Made by a program: the position numbers and the translations under genes. Positions 12,215 through 25,100 of a stretch of 64,000 nt of DNA are shown here, one piece after another. How positions within the stretch are numbered: position 1 is the first letter of the stretch; every line of letters begins with the position of its first letter. The notes beneath the pieces are model-generated. The model did no database searches, was not told where the DNA came from, and worked only from the letters and a program-made list of their open reading frames with translations. Origin of the DNA: Raillietiella orientalis (Eukaryota); the NCBI GenBank assembly GCA_036172245.1, contig JAYWIR010000024.1, forward strand, positions 1,116,001 to 1,180,000. Reading direction: 5' to 3'.

Positions 12215-14875
12215 CCGAGTGAATACGAGGAAGCGGCCCTAACACTCGCAGAGTGTTAATCGTGGAGACCGACTTAGTCGCAGGTGCTCCGCGACCCTGA
12301 ACGCGCGTCCATGGAGTTTCTGCTTGCAACGTTTCTGGAGTCCGTGGACTAGTTTTCCGCTGGACACCAGCCAGATCTGCTGCTCGGGGCGTTTCCCATC
12401 TTTCGGCCTCACCTTGTTCGGAAGCTGCTGAGCGATGCAGGGCTCGGGATCTTCTTATCAACGCTCGGTGCCTGGGGGGAAACCCAGCAAATATTCGTGT
12501 GAGGCCCGCTCCGGATGTTGCTCTGGTCCATCTCCCCCCTCTCGAGAAGAGTCGCCTGCAGATCCTCTGCCCGTTAGCTCGGGTTCCAAAGACACGTCCA
12601 CGGGCAGTACAGATGGGATCCCACACCTTCTGCTTTCTCGCGAGCTGGTTCTCATGAGGTCGACGTGGATCCCATGCTCCCTGGGAACCTTTTGGCTCGT
12701 ATTTCGAATGCGGTCAATATCTGAGCAGAGAGTCGGTTTCCATGGAGGCCGCGAATGAATCTCTCTGCTGCTCTGCTGTGACTGCTCGGGCGGCAATGAG
12801 CATGACGCTCATGGATGCTGCTGCTTTCTGTGTAGTTACGTCTGTGCGAAACTCAGTGCAGCGCATTCACTGCGCGCAAATTGCGTTTTTTGAAACTGTA
12901 CTGTGCACGAGGGGGAGGACGCGAGCGCACGCGTGAGTTTGTCATGCGATCTGTTCGATTTGCCGGATACGCCCTGCGCGAGTGAGCCGGGAACACGTGC
13001 GGGGAGCGGGGGAAACCAAGAGACCCCACGCGTTCGTCTCCAGGAAACGAAGGCCTGCAGGATTCCTCAGGATTCATCTAGCTTCTTTGGATCGCGTGAT
13101 GCTTCGTGCTCTCGATCCCCCCCCCCCCTCCCCGAATCCGCACGATCTTTCCCGATCTCTCGGCCTGCTTTCCGATCTCTCTCGAAAGCCGTGAAGAATC
13201 CCCATGTCGCACGGTCGCCGTTCCGAGAGTCGACACGGCTCGAGGGCCTCCTGAAGCGAGTCGCTCTCGGAGCGCCCCGCACCGTGCCTGTTGTGCCCGG
13301 CACTCCCAGAAAAGCTCACGCTCCACCATTCACGGGGCACCGATAAATCGGGCTTTGATCTCCGAAGCCGCACTCTCGCAAGGAACGACCCTGGTTCCAA
13401 GGATCCACTTCCAGCTGAACAAATGGTGCCCGCTGATTCGGTCGGAATGCGATGATTGGTGCGCTTACGGTGTGGGGCGGGTTGGACGGGAAACGCGGCG
13501 AGAAAAGTGAACGTTTCCCCCCCCCTCCTCCTTCCTTCCCCTGCTGACGTTCGGATCGTTTCCCGGGTCGCGAAATCTCGTAATGACCCCAGGGGTGATC
13601 GGGTGCACCGTTTCCGAGGTCGGCGCCGCCATCTCCAAAATCGTCTCTTCGCAGCATGTCGCAATTTTTTTTCCCGGCCTTCGGCACATTCCACAATCGG
13701 TCCCTCTCATCATGAACCACCGGAAAAAAATCCAAGAAATTCGGGGGTTCTCCCCGCCTTGGGCTTCCGAAAGGCGGCGAAATGCGCGCTCGAAGTGTGC
13801 GACCGAAGAGACCGATGACCCCCGCTGGTGCTGGGTGAGATGGGGTGGGATGCCCCCTTTTCCTTAGGGGCTCCCGGGGGTTCGAATGTCAATTCTTGGA
13901 CGAATTCCTGCCACGGAACGAATCGTCGCTTTCGGAACGATGAAGCTGAGCGCTCACAAGGGAAGTCGCCACTTCTTGCGGAACTGAGAATCGTGCTGTT
14001 GTTCTCCGTTGCTCGTCCGCTCTCCTGTTTCCTTGGAGACGGCAGCGTGATGAGCTGCTGTCTCCAATGAGTTGCTGTCCTGGAAATGATTTTGGTCGAG
14101 GGCTGCACCAGCTCCGCCTTTCTGCCTAAGAAAACTTCACGAACACGTAACTTGGATACGTCTCAACCCTGCCCCTCCCTCTGTCCATATCTAAAAGCAA
14201 ACTGAGATGTTTCGACTGACGGATATCAAAGGACCAAAGGAAAGAAGTCTGTGGTGGAGGGAAGCTGCGTCCCACGCATGACTTCACTACGTGTGAATAG
14301 GCGCGTGGTGCGTGCACCTGAAGAGATTACGAGGAGGCTCACCATGAGGCCCGACTCAGCTGCCATCTAGAAACGGGCCACCGGACCGGTTCCCGTCTTC
14401 TCGATCTTCTGGCTTCCTAAGACAGGCTCGGGTACCTTGCGATGGTGTTCGGGATAGCCGTTCCTCCAGGGCGAAGTTGAACTTGTCTCCCCGAGATCGG
14501 ATTGCCTTGGGGGCATGGTTTTTTGGATGGGAGGCTGAGTTCGAGCGTACTCCTGGCCCTACAAATAAATTAAAAAAAAATAAAAACGCCAAGCAACAGC
14601 TGCGAATCCGCCGCGGGAACGGACGCCCCTCAACTGTCCCCGCGAGAGACAAGCCGCCGAGTACCCGCCCAGCGGAGTATCTGCCCGCTCATGCGCGCAG
14701 GAGCCTTTCTTTCCGATACGAGCTGAGGAAAGGATGGACGTTGCGATAGCAAACTCTGCTGCACCTCCAGAAGAGCCAGAATTCTCGGCAACGAACGCGG
14801 GGAGAAAGGGGGTTTCCAAGCTTGTCTTTTTTCGGCCCTCATTCTAAAAAAAAAAAAAAAAAACGTAAATTGCAG

Positions 14876-15042
14876 GGAAGGAAAATCTTCGACTGGGCTA
14901 CAGACAAGATACCAAGCTGGCGTTCATCATCAAGGCGATCTACACCATGGCCCACGGTCTTCATAACATGCTCGCCTACTTCTGCAGAGATACCACAGGC
15001 CTGTGCGCCAACCTCCTGCCGGTAGACGGATCCGTCCTGAGG
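14876..15042 (+). CDS. GRM1/GRM5: Group I mGluR, exon B
   Basis: (G)KENLRLGYRQDTKLAFIIKAIYTMAHGLHNMLAYFCRDTTGLCANLLPVDGSVLR, the mGluR QDxK...AIYxMAxGLHNM motif. Acceptor ttgcag; donor GTGAGA at 15043. Phase 1 in and phase 0 out fit the neighbouring exons. Not in the ORF track in this frame. Confidence 0.95.
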
Positions 15043-15440
15043 GTGAGAAGCATCAACTGATTTCATTGGCGCTGGTTCGGGCGCGTTGCCGAGCTCTGCG
15101 AAGAGTCCGTCCCCTTCCAGAGGGAGCGCCGTGCGGCGCGCTCTTCCGCACGCCGTTCTCCCAGAGGAGCACCGCCGCGATTTTCGCTTTCTGCCTGGCT
15201 GGCCCCGGTTCGCGTCCGCGCCCTCTCCCTAGCCAGAGAGCCGCAGGGTAGGAAAAGGATCCCCTTACGGGCAGCACGAGCAGAAAGTGCGCGCTCTCCC
15301 GCCACAGGGAAAACGAGGAGGGTCGCGCAAAAAACGACCAGCGGGGAGACTCCTGAAAGGCTCCTGAAATTCATCACGAAAAGATTCTTTCTGCCTAGAA
15401 AGCACAAAAAAAGCGAAGAGGGAGGGGGGAGAAGAAAGGA

Positions 15441-15504
15441 GAGGAAGATGGAGAGGCGTGAAGAAGGAAATCCAGAGGAAGACTGGGTCAGAGGGAGCTG
15501 TGAG
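15441..15504 (+). repeat. ~65-bp direct repeat (copy at ~16219-16281)
   Basis: Shared GAAGATGGAGAGGCGTGAAGAAGGAAAT...CTGGG..AGAGGGAGCTG.GAG. Confidence 0.85.
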
Positions 15505-15549
15505 TTTCGGCAGCCAACCCAAGCCAACCCCTCTGGCAGTGCACCTTCA

Positions 15550-16100
15550 CAATGCAACGGGACGGAAGTAGAGCGAAGGAAGGAAAGCTTGCGGTGACGC
15601 GAGAGCGGTCTACCGCATTATGCTGGAGAGTAGGGGATGCAGGACGCTCTAGAGAGGAGGCTTCGTCTCGAAACGAGAGTCATCTTCCCGGACCGCTTCT
15701 TGATCCGGGAAAGGAAGCGGCGATCCCGGCTGCTGAGCGCCCATGGAACCGCAGATGCCAGCCCCTTTTCGCTCGACGGACGCTGCTGGAGCGCAATCAG
15801 GTCCGGGAATGCGAGTGCTTCTCTCCCTCATTCCTCCTACTGGAGATCGCAGCCTTGGAGCAAGAGAGCTCCTGGCACCAACAGCTCCGCTCCTCGGAAT
15901 CTGCAGTTCCTTACAGCAGTGGGAAAAATCGTTGCTATGGAGAAAGATGCTCTCATCACCTACCACTCCGTTTTCGCGCTTTTCCCAGTCCTGGATTCAT
16001 CAAAAATCACATCTCGAGATTCCCGGGCTGACGAAGGCACATCAGTTCCGTTGCCCAGGGACAACGGGCTGATGCGCACGAGGCCGGTGGACTTCTCACC
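15550..16100 (+). mobile_element. Decayed reverse-transcriptase fragment
   Basis: RNQVRECECFSPSFLLLEIAALEQ resembles GVRQGCPLSPxLFNLAIExL; followed by QFLTAVGKIVAMEKD at the YADD position. Confidence 0.45.
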
Positions 16101-17109
16101 GAGCATCCCTAGGTTGCTGCTTTGTCCATCATCCTCCGTCCACTCTGACTGCCTCTGCGTTCCACAAAGCCTTCTTCAAGGAAGCTCCGTCTCCGGCTCA
16201 CCAGCGGCGGGGGTGAGGAAGAAGATGGAGAGGCGTGAAGAAGGAAATTCAGCGGCATACTGGGGTAGAGGGAGCTGAGAGGTCGTCTTCCGGGTCCGGT
16301 GTCTTCTCCAATGCTTCGCGCCCTGGAGGACTCAGAGAGGCATCCCACTGAAGCAGCCGGGAAAGAGGGCTCCCTTTAAGAAGAAGCTCGTGTGCACCAG
16401 CGTGGGTGGTTAATCGTGACCGAACCGTACCACGGTTGAGAAGAACAGCAACAGTGGCAGCGCCAACCCGTGCTTCTCCCTTCCGCAAAGGCCCTCCTCT
16501 CTCTTGTGCCGGATAGGTTCCCGAGGGGTCAGCGCCTCCCAGCTCCCTCGCAGAACCTTTGCAGGTAACTCTCGGACTGGGGTAGTCACAGGCCCTCTGC
16601 CTCGGCGTCCAATCGGAAAAGGCCCTGAGCTCCAGACGAGATCCGTCGTTCTCTGACTCCTGGTTCCGGTCCGGAGGGTCCTCTCCCGAAACAAAAGGAG
16701 AGGAGGAGGGTGAGAGGGCAGTCGGCAAATTCGACCCATGAGGAGTCGAAAAGTTCCACTTCACAGTGCGGGCCCTGTTCCTACCCCCCGGAAGGGCGCT
16801 CGCCCCTCATTGGATGTCCTGGGGCTGCAATTTTCCTCTCGGAGACGTCCGCGGCGGGGTCAGGGAAACGGGGAGGCGCGACAATCGAAGTGGGCACGGA
16901 GGACCTTGGAAGGGAGACGATACGTGCTGAGTCCGGGACGGGAGACAGGCGGTGCCTGGGGTGAGTCGGCAGAGGCACTGCCGGTGGTCTTCCCCGATCT
17001 GGTGGAGAGGTCCTCTCTCTCTCCTAGGAAGAAGGGCAAAGGGGAGGGAGGCGGACGCGCCATTCCGGGAGCGGTGGAGTGATCTTCGTGTTGTTTTTGT
17101 CCTTTCCAG

Positions 17110-17186
17110 GACTTCCTGATGAACTCGTCCTTCACATTCATGGGGGAACAAATTTACTTCGACGCCTCCGGCGATCCTCCAGGCAG
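17110..17186 (+). CDS. GRM1/GRM5: Group I mGluR, exon C
   Basis: DFLMNSSFTFMGEQIYFDASGDPPG(R), the mGluR FDxxGDxPGR motif. Acceptor tttccag; donor GTGAGG at 17187 (phase 2). Confidence 0.93.
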
Positions 17187-17499
17187 GTGAGGAAGCGTGT
17201 GGAGAAAGTGTAGTGCTGGTGCCGCCCGCGCGTGATCACCCCCTGAGGAGACTGCCTCTGCACGCGCCCTGGCGGGGTCCCTCGAGAGAATGGCATTCCG
17301 GAAGCGACAGAAAAGGGGAAAAAGAAGCAGGGATTCCGTCCTCTCTCGGTTCCTCCGCCCTCTTAAAGCATAGAGATCTCCGGATCCTCTCCTCCTCCTC
17401 TTTTCCTTCCCTTCCCTCTGCCTCACCCCCCCCCCCCCAAAACCTCCTTCGGCATTTGGACCAGGCGCTGGTCTCCAAACGCTTCTAGCGCGCCCTGAC

Positions 17500-18540
17500 C
17501 ACATGGACGCGTTCTTGGACTCCAGGCTCGCTCGCTGAGGAGTTTCTCATGAGATCAGGCAAATCCTCTTGACCCTGTTCTCCATTCGCTCTTCTCCCAT
17601 CCCAGCAACTGGGCGGTGAACTCTCCTGAGGTCCATGGTCCGAACAAAAGGCCACCAATGAGAACTTCTGACCGCCTTCTTCCTTCAAGAATGCAGCTAG
17701 GGAGTCGGGGACCCTTGAACTTCTCCACAGGATTCTGGAATCGTACTTCAGAGTCCTCCTCCTCCTTATCCAGCGCTCTCAGTCTGTAAGAAGCGAAGGC
17801 ATGTTCCTGGGAAGGAGAGAAGAGGTGTTTCCATGTTTCCACGCCTGCGCGTCGTCTTTTCCCCTCTCCCCCTTGGACTGGATACCTAGGCGGTCGAATC
17901 CAGGACGAGGAAGAGATGCGTTCTCTATCCTTGTGTGCGCTGCACTTGGATCTTCTGGCCTCAACGTCAACTCCGACCAGCACCCTAGACGTAGCTGGTC
18001 CAGGGGGTAGCTGACCAATCCTTTTCTGAGCACGAGACGAAATGGATGATGGCGTCGTCAAAACAGGATGTTTGTTAGGTGAACGCTGGCTGAGCGCACT
18101 AGGCGCCATGGAAACTGCGCTCCTATGCGGGGGGAGGGATGCTTGGAGACTGCGTGCGTTCCATTCCCAATTTTCTGATTCGTTGGACCCATCGGTTCTT
18201 CTGAGAGGTAGAAGTTGGCAGGCGCCAAGCACCAAGATCCCCTGTTCGAAACTCTAGACAGTTGGGGAGGGGATGTAGACGGTGGCATCAGAGAGCAGAA
18301 AAGGGGGACGTCTGCCAACCTTCGGCTTTTTGAACGTGTCGTCCAGCTCTCTCACCAATCCCTTGGCCGCATTGCAATACCTAGGAACCCATCTGTAAGA
18401 GATTTGAATGTATTGGCACGTGCGTCTCCCTCTTTCTGATTCTTTAACATTGTCTTCTGTCCTTCATCGAGTTTACTTGGCAAAGGTGGTCCTCTATGCG
18501 CCGAGTGAACCGTAGGGCTTGCTGTAAGCATACGCACAGC
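17500..18540 (-). mobile_element. Decayed reverse-transcriptase fragment
   Basis: Ordered motifs DARANTFKSL (DxxNAFxS), RVSNRG (GVxQG), VGVDVEARRSKC (GLxxNxxKC), ETWKHL (YKYLG) and NPVEKF (LxPxQK). Confidence 0.45.
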
Positions 18541-19039
18541 TGGAACGCTCTCAGTTTCTCTTTCAGAAGTGTCCTCGTTGCGCTTTGGTTGAAGAGCAAA
18601 CGCGATGGCTTTCCTCTTTGATACGTAAAAAAAAATAAAAAACTCCTAAATCTTTTCATAACTCAAAAGGAATGAAGTGCCGCTAGGCACGAGACCAGAG
18701 AGCGTAGAATCATCCTTAATTTTCGACGCACTGCTCCACTATCCCATTTTCTCAGTTCACCACATCGATAGCCCAGTTCAGTTCCTTCGATTCTCCTGGA
18801 AATTTACCGATTGCAGTATAAGGATGAGGATGCTGACATAGTGGCCTTTTAGCCTGTCCACATTCCCGCGAACTAGAACAAATGAATCCACTAGAGTTGA
18901 ACTGCCTCCCCAACTAAGCGGCCTTCAGCAATTTCATCGCCATCTTGACACATTCCCCTGTTGAGAGTATGGCAGGCTGTTCAGGCGAGACGCAGCACAT
19001 TAGTCGACTGCATCAAAAAAGTGAACCACAGGCGATGGA

Positions 19040-20295
19040 AGACCCTGGCCAGACATTCAAAGACCACTCGGCATTGAGACCTGATCCCATTCGGAGAAGA
19101 TGGAGACGCGTCAGGGAACTGAACCTGTGCTGCTTACTCGGAAGCACTACGGCACAGTCCAAGAAGGCGAGCAGAAGAAAGGGAAGGGAAACATTGAAAC
19201 CACGAGCTTCTCCTCGGAAGGAAGCCGTGCGCCACTTTGCGAGGTCATCATCCACCCACTGGGAACGTTGAATGGGGATACCCTGCAACAGGTGCGAGTC
19301 TACGTGAAACAGCTCCCAGCAAGTTGTCATCCACCTTCCAACATGGCCGAGACATGCACTGGATGCACCGGTTGAGACGCCCGCCGAAATAGCGACCACA
19401 GACCTACGTCACCAGAGGACCATGAGCCTCCACGCCTCCTAGACACGAAAACTTGGTCAAGGAGGTGTAATCCGATGACGAAGACCCTCCTGTATCGAAC
19501 AAAGAGTTCAGGGTTCGAATCGCGAACGTGGATCCTTCCAGAAGAGCCTTTAACTCAACAAAAAAAGGAAAAACATGCTGCGTTCTCCTTGGATGATGCG
19601 TGCTTTTGCGAAGAAGAATTCGGAAAGGCGTCGTGACAGAACCGGTAAGAAGACTTCATCGGCAGGGATCACGCATGCATACCGTCCCCACGTCATTCAA
19701 GCATGAGGAAGAATCCTACATTGCTGGCGGCATTCCCGCCAGAAGAGACGTGGGTCCATGAATGCGTACGTAGGGAACACGTTCTTGGAAGCTTCACTCT
19801 TGCATTGAGACTTTCGACTTTCTTCTGTAAGAGAATCCACACGCCAGCTAAACGCATATCTTGGCGCCATGCTAACCGGATTCCTCTTCACGGCCCAGAC
19901 AGTTGTTCCTGAAGATGGGTGGCTGTTTCTGCCTTCCCGAGTGCGTGGGAGGATGACAAGTTTCTCGGTTTCATGCGAGTAGGAGGGTCGCGACGGGGAG
20001 CGAGAAAGGTCGCGAGGACGTCAGCGCTCCTGGAGACGCCGCGTTCGACTCTCATCTCGGTGATAGTAGCAAGCATCTCTGGCGAGATCCTGGCGTCCAG
20101 GTGCTGCACGGAGGACTCCTTGACAGCAGCAGCATCTGTGGGCGGTTCGGCATGTCCTCCGTTCACTCTGATTCGAGCAAGCTACGCGTAATTTCGTTGG
20201 TGCAACGTGTCTTGTCCAGATTCGAACTGGGTTCCCGAAAGAACCCAAGTCAGAAGAGAGTCTTGGGAGCGCATGCTCTGGAAGAGAAGTCGAGA
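19040..20295 (+). repeat. Long copy of a duplicated intronic segment (deleted copy at 26801-27373)
   Basis: 19040-19162 and 19811-20295 match 26801-26923 and 26924-27373 closely. Confidence 0.95.
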
Positions 20296-21422
20296 GCTTC
20301 CCGAAAAGCAGCAAAACTTTCCTCTCACTCTTGGGGAGGCAATATGCGACCATCGTGCTCTCATCAAGATCCAAGGAACGATGATACCCTCCAAGATCTG
20401 GAAATCCCTAGACCGCACGCGAAGCGGCATCGTTGTTAAGTTGATGGTGTCTTTCGCCACCTAGGATTGTCTAGGATGCTTTCCGAATGATCAAGCACAG
20501 ATTTATGCAGTAGAGGGCATCTCTGGCCCATGCATCACCGAGACTTAAACAAGAAGCCTTTGACCGGCATCGGAAACGCCTGACATCGAGAGTGAAAGGC
20601 TAGGGGCTCGAACTGCGGGCGTGAACCCTCATTCCTCTTGAGTTCATCTCCCTTTAGCAAATCGGTCCCTTCTCATCAGCCTGGAAACCCCCAGCTTCCG
20701 CCCTCAATTCGAAGCCACGAGTTTCCACTTGACGAGGTGGGAAGTAACAGATGATCTTTCACCCAGTCGAGTTTCATCGGCGACAAGTCGAAGCGACTTA
20801 GGTGGAGCCAGGAGACCAAGGTAAAGTCCTCTCCCTTTCTCAATTCCCTGAATCGGGAGTCTTCCGCTGTTTCCCATTGCACGTGAGCTCCGATGATCTG
20901 AACTCTGTGCTGTTTGCCTCAAGGGAGGAATCGTTGGAAAAGCCTGGCAAGTGAGCACCCTCCTGTCGTAACTTCGGTTCACCCTTATTCGTTTTACGTC
21001 ACCTCTTCTTCAAACCATGGTATGATCTCTTGGCAAATCCACTTCTTGACGTTTTGACAGCACCGCTGGGAAGGTTGCGAAAATACACAGACTCGAAAGG
21101 ATGCTGTGATGGAACGCTCGGACTAGTTGGAGACCGTTCTCGAAGGAGCTGCCATTTTTACTGCCGCTGTCGAAAGGCAGATTTTCTTTTTGTTGTCTCG
21201 ACCGTGCTGCTATGCAGGTAATTTGAGGGCTCATCCGTGAAGATTCCTACAAGATGGATCTCTTTTTCAAAGACTGAAAGTTTTTGAAAAAGAAGTAAGC
21301 TCCCAATTATGCCATTTGCTCTTTGATCTTCCTCCTGAGCAATGCCACAGCTTTGAAATGTGGAGGTGGCTGTGGGTATTTTCGTATGACAGAGACACGA
21401 AAGACACCTTGGAAGACTGTAG

Positions 21423-21565
21423 ACGGCCCGCGGTGGCAGCCGTGTGACTGTGGTCTCCGCCGTGGGGCACCAAGCGTTTTGCGTTCGAATCCCCACGTGG
21501 AGGATCGCGCCGAGAAATAGGTGCACCGCGGGTTTCGGGTCTCACCCCCTGAAGGAAGAACACCT
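21423..21565 (+). mobile_element. 5' fragment (head) of the same SINE-like family
   Basis: ACGGCCCGC...GCAGCCG.GTG...GTTCGAATCCCCACGTGGAGGATC...GCCGAGAA aligns by eye to 3993-4130. Confidence 0.7.
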
Positions 21566-23513
21566 TGAAAGAAAGGAGACTATGAGCTTTCTACCTATCC
21601 TGGCATTTCCGGATCTGTTTCTCCCTTCTTCCCTTTACCCTAGCTTGAGTTTTGCTCGATTCATCCACTCAGGAAATCCTTCCTTGCTTTCATTTTCGTT
21701 ACCTGTGTCTTACAGGACGTCCGAGAGTTCCCGGTGTATTGTTATCAGGGATAGATATCGTGGAAAGGAACCTGTTAGCTGCTGACGGGTAAGCGGGAGA
21801 GCAAATGAAATCATTCACTCCCCCTCTCCTGCCATTCATTCTGACAGCACTCGCAGGCATGAGAGCTCTCCTAGTGGAGGTCGCAGCATCGTAAAGATAT
21901 GTTTCAACCTGTTGAATTGCTTTTTTTAAAGGATCCATTCGTTTCATCCCTATCGACAAAGAAGAGTTAAAATTTTCCTTTTTTCCAAGAATAGGAATCC
22001 ATAAATTTCCAAGACACCGAGCTAAGAAGCAAAGTTGTGGCTTTCTTCTTTTTCTTTCTTCCTCTTCTTCTTGTTCAGAGGATTGAAATTAGATAAAACA
22101 TACTCAGGGAGAAAGCGAAGGACTGCCATGATCCATCCTCAGGATTATTGAATTTCGAAATTCTACGTTTCCGGTCTTACCGGAGAATTCCTTTTTCTGC
22201 CAGCCGATGAAATTGGAAATGACCCGCAAGTGGCAGGGCAAGAACTGCTCTCTTGAATGGCACGGGAGCAAACCAGGAAATATCTAATCCCAGGGAACGA
22301 TTGATTGGGAACTCGGTGTTCCTAAAGCGGGAGGAAGTGTCTGTGAGCACTTACCCACAGACGTTTTCTCCTTCTCCCGCCTCCCCCCGCTTCTGTCGAC
22401 TTCCGGGTGTATCTTAGACCTGATCCGTCGTCATGCAGGTCTTGTCGTTTACAGTGCATTCGACGGCGCGAACGGATTGGGGGGCGGAGCAATCAGTCTG
22501 CGGAAGGAAGCAGAGGACCGGCCTTTGGTGTTGGCTCTTCCATCATCTCTGCTCTTGAAGAAGCATGAGACGCACCTCTCGGAGCACCAAATCCGGTCTT
22601 AGTTGAGACTCCGTTTCTGGAAAGGGTTGATCAGAAATCAGAGCCTGCCAATTCCCTATACTATCTCTCCTGATCTAGACTACCAGTCCTTCGTGTGCTT
22701 TAGTAATCACGGTTTTGTTGCCGATGCAGTGATTTAGAATGCGTCCTCAACCACACCTGATCTGACCCCCCCTTGGTCCATCCCATTTCGCTTTCAGGAG
22801 CGATGTGGAGGTGCGCGTGGCTTCCCCTGTTGTGCCGCCGCCTAGCCGAGGGCTACGAGAGATAACACGGCTGATTTCATGGGCCTCAGCTTGTTGTGAC
22901 ACCATGTGTGACCGTAGAGCAATATGTACCCGAACAGACAGTGTATTCGGTCGCGGGACACTGATGGATCGGCGACCTCCGAATCCTGGAGGCTCTCCAC
23001 CAAGCAGGAAATGTCCCGAGCACGCTATTCTTTCCGATGCAGGACATGGCCTCCCCTTGGTTTGGGTGCTTCATGACGAGACGGGATACGCCGCCCCTAT
23101 GGCATCAGATTTTGCACAAGCTCTAAGAGATCTCGTCGATCCGCTGCTGCGTCTCCAGATGCGAATGCTGGCTCGTTCCGTTCGAGCGATCGTCGTGCCT
23201 TTCCAGTCGAGCGGATTTTCTTCTGCCCGCCGACCAGGTGCTCCTGATGCACCGCCGCCGGGCCTGCTTTTCAGCAACTACCATGAGGCGTGCAAGAGCT
23301 CCTTTCGAACCCCTGTTCCTCGATCGAAAGATCGGGTGCTCCCGAAAGGTCTGCGCAAGCGAGTCAGGGGCACGTGACCGAACGAACGCGGGTTGTGGGT
23401 GGAAGCCCACTGCATCCCTGCCTGCTGTGTGTCGTACCCTCCCACCTCTGCAATTCTGGTGCTCTGGTTTTTCCTGCAAGCCCCTTGGAAGTAACAGTTT
23501 TACGTTCTCTCAG

Positions 23514-23688
23514 GTATGAAATCTTGAATTATCAGAAGAAGGCATCTGGAGTGTACGACTACGCAACGATCGGAACCTGGAAAGACGGAGAGCTGAACCT
23601 GGAGGGACTCATCCAAATCAACGACCAAAACGCCAACAACTTCGTCGAATCGGTTTGCGCAAAACCATGCAAACCAGGATTTTACAAG
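23514..23688 (+). CDS. GRM1/GRM5: Group I mGluR, exon D (end of flytrap, start of cysteine-rich domain)
   Basis: (R)YEILNYQKKASGVYDYATIGTWKDGELNL...ESVCAKPCKPGFYK. Acceptor ttctctcag; donor GTTTGG at 23689 (phase 0). Confidence 0.95.
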
Positions 23689-23899
23689 GTTTGGATTTCG
23701 ATCCTCGCGCTCTTGCCACGTTATGTTTGCTCCCGAACGTGACTTCTGCCGACGGTCACCTAGGGCAGAGCTCTCCTACTCTTCTGTACACCCAAGGTGC
23801 GTGCGTATCGCACAACGAGCTAGGATCTTTTACAAGTGAGCAGATTTCGTAGGGAAGTAAGGCAGCGAGTACGGCCCTCAAAGGTCATCCTCCGGAGGA

Positions 23900-25100
23900 T
23901 GACCTTTCAGGCGTCAACTAACGAAGCGCTTCGTCAATTGATGCTGACAACGACGAACACGAGTGATGAGTTCTTCATTAGCGGCGGTTCAAGCACCGCA
24001 ATCGTGGGTGCTCACCGAGGGAAGAAGCCATGAGGAAAAATACAACAGTGCAGCTGGTACACTGAATTCCCAAGCTGTAGTGGACGAAAGACGGAAGAAT
24101 TCTGCTTCCTGGTCATCTTTCCAAAGAAAGAAAGCAATGGATGCAGTCTGATCTCTGATCAAGGCAAAGAAACAAGATGGTGTGTCAGCAGTATGATGGA
24201 TGCTCAGCAGCAGTATGATGTTCAAAGAAGACCCCGAAGGAAGCACCGCCGAAAAGAAAGTGAACGTATGGAGAAGAGCTAGCCCTTTTCGGGACACTCA
24301 AGATTTCATGCTTTTCGCTTTGGGACTGTTCTTGGAACTGTTTGGATCGCAGCCTTATCTGTGGGCTGTTTACAATCCGCCCCACAGATGAGGCTGCGAT
24401 CCAGGTTCCCATTCTTGAAAACGTGGAAAGGGACTATTACCTGAGGATTATATATCGAGAAAGAAGGAATCCCCAAAATCGTCAAGCTGATTTTCGAGAG
24501 CAGCCTGTGCTTATCCTTGGCTGCGGGAACTAGCAGGCATAACTCGATGAGTTGGATCTATCCAAGAGCAACGTCAGCACAAAGTCTTTGTTCTCTTAGT
24601 GGCCTCCATCGAGCATGACTATGCTGGTCATCGTCGGCGTATCCACGGGAAGGTCCGTTGACTCCTCGCTGACGTACGTGCCCGCTCGCTGACGGATCCC
24701 TTCAAGTACTGCCACCGGGGTGGATACAGACAGCTGGAAAAGCAGGTGGTTGGCGCAGGCCGCCATGGTCGGCAGGCCGGACAAGGTTTTCCTATTCGCG
24801 TTCGGCAGCAACTCTAAATGGATCTGATCGGCGCAGAAACCGAGGAAACCGCTTCGTACAAGTGCACCGTATACTCAGTGTCCTGAAAAGCATTCTCGTG
24901 GAAGCATCAGTGCAGAACGAACGCAAATGCATCAGCAAGACAGGAAGCCTAGCCGCTCCAGGAGCTCCTCCTGAGTGCTCTGGTTCACGTAGTCAAATGG
25001 TTTCCACAGAACAGCTACGATCGAAAGATGATGATTCGCTGCTTCCACCAGCCAGGATTTCATTTTTCCAGGACTGCATTGAGCGTTTGAGGGTTTGGAG
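23900..25100 (+). mobile_element. Possible decayed non-LTR retrotransposon 3' half
   Basis: Weak ordered resemblance: SSFQRKKAMD (LFNxxMD), MMFKEDPEG (post-YADD), ERKCISKTGSLA...EC (knuckle). Very degenerate. Confidence 0.3.
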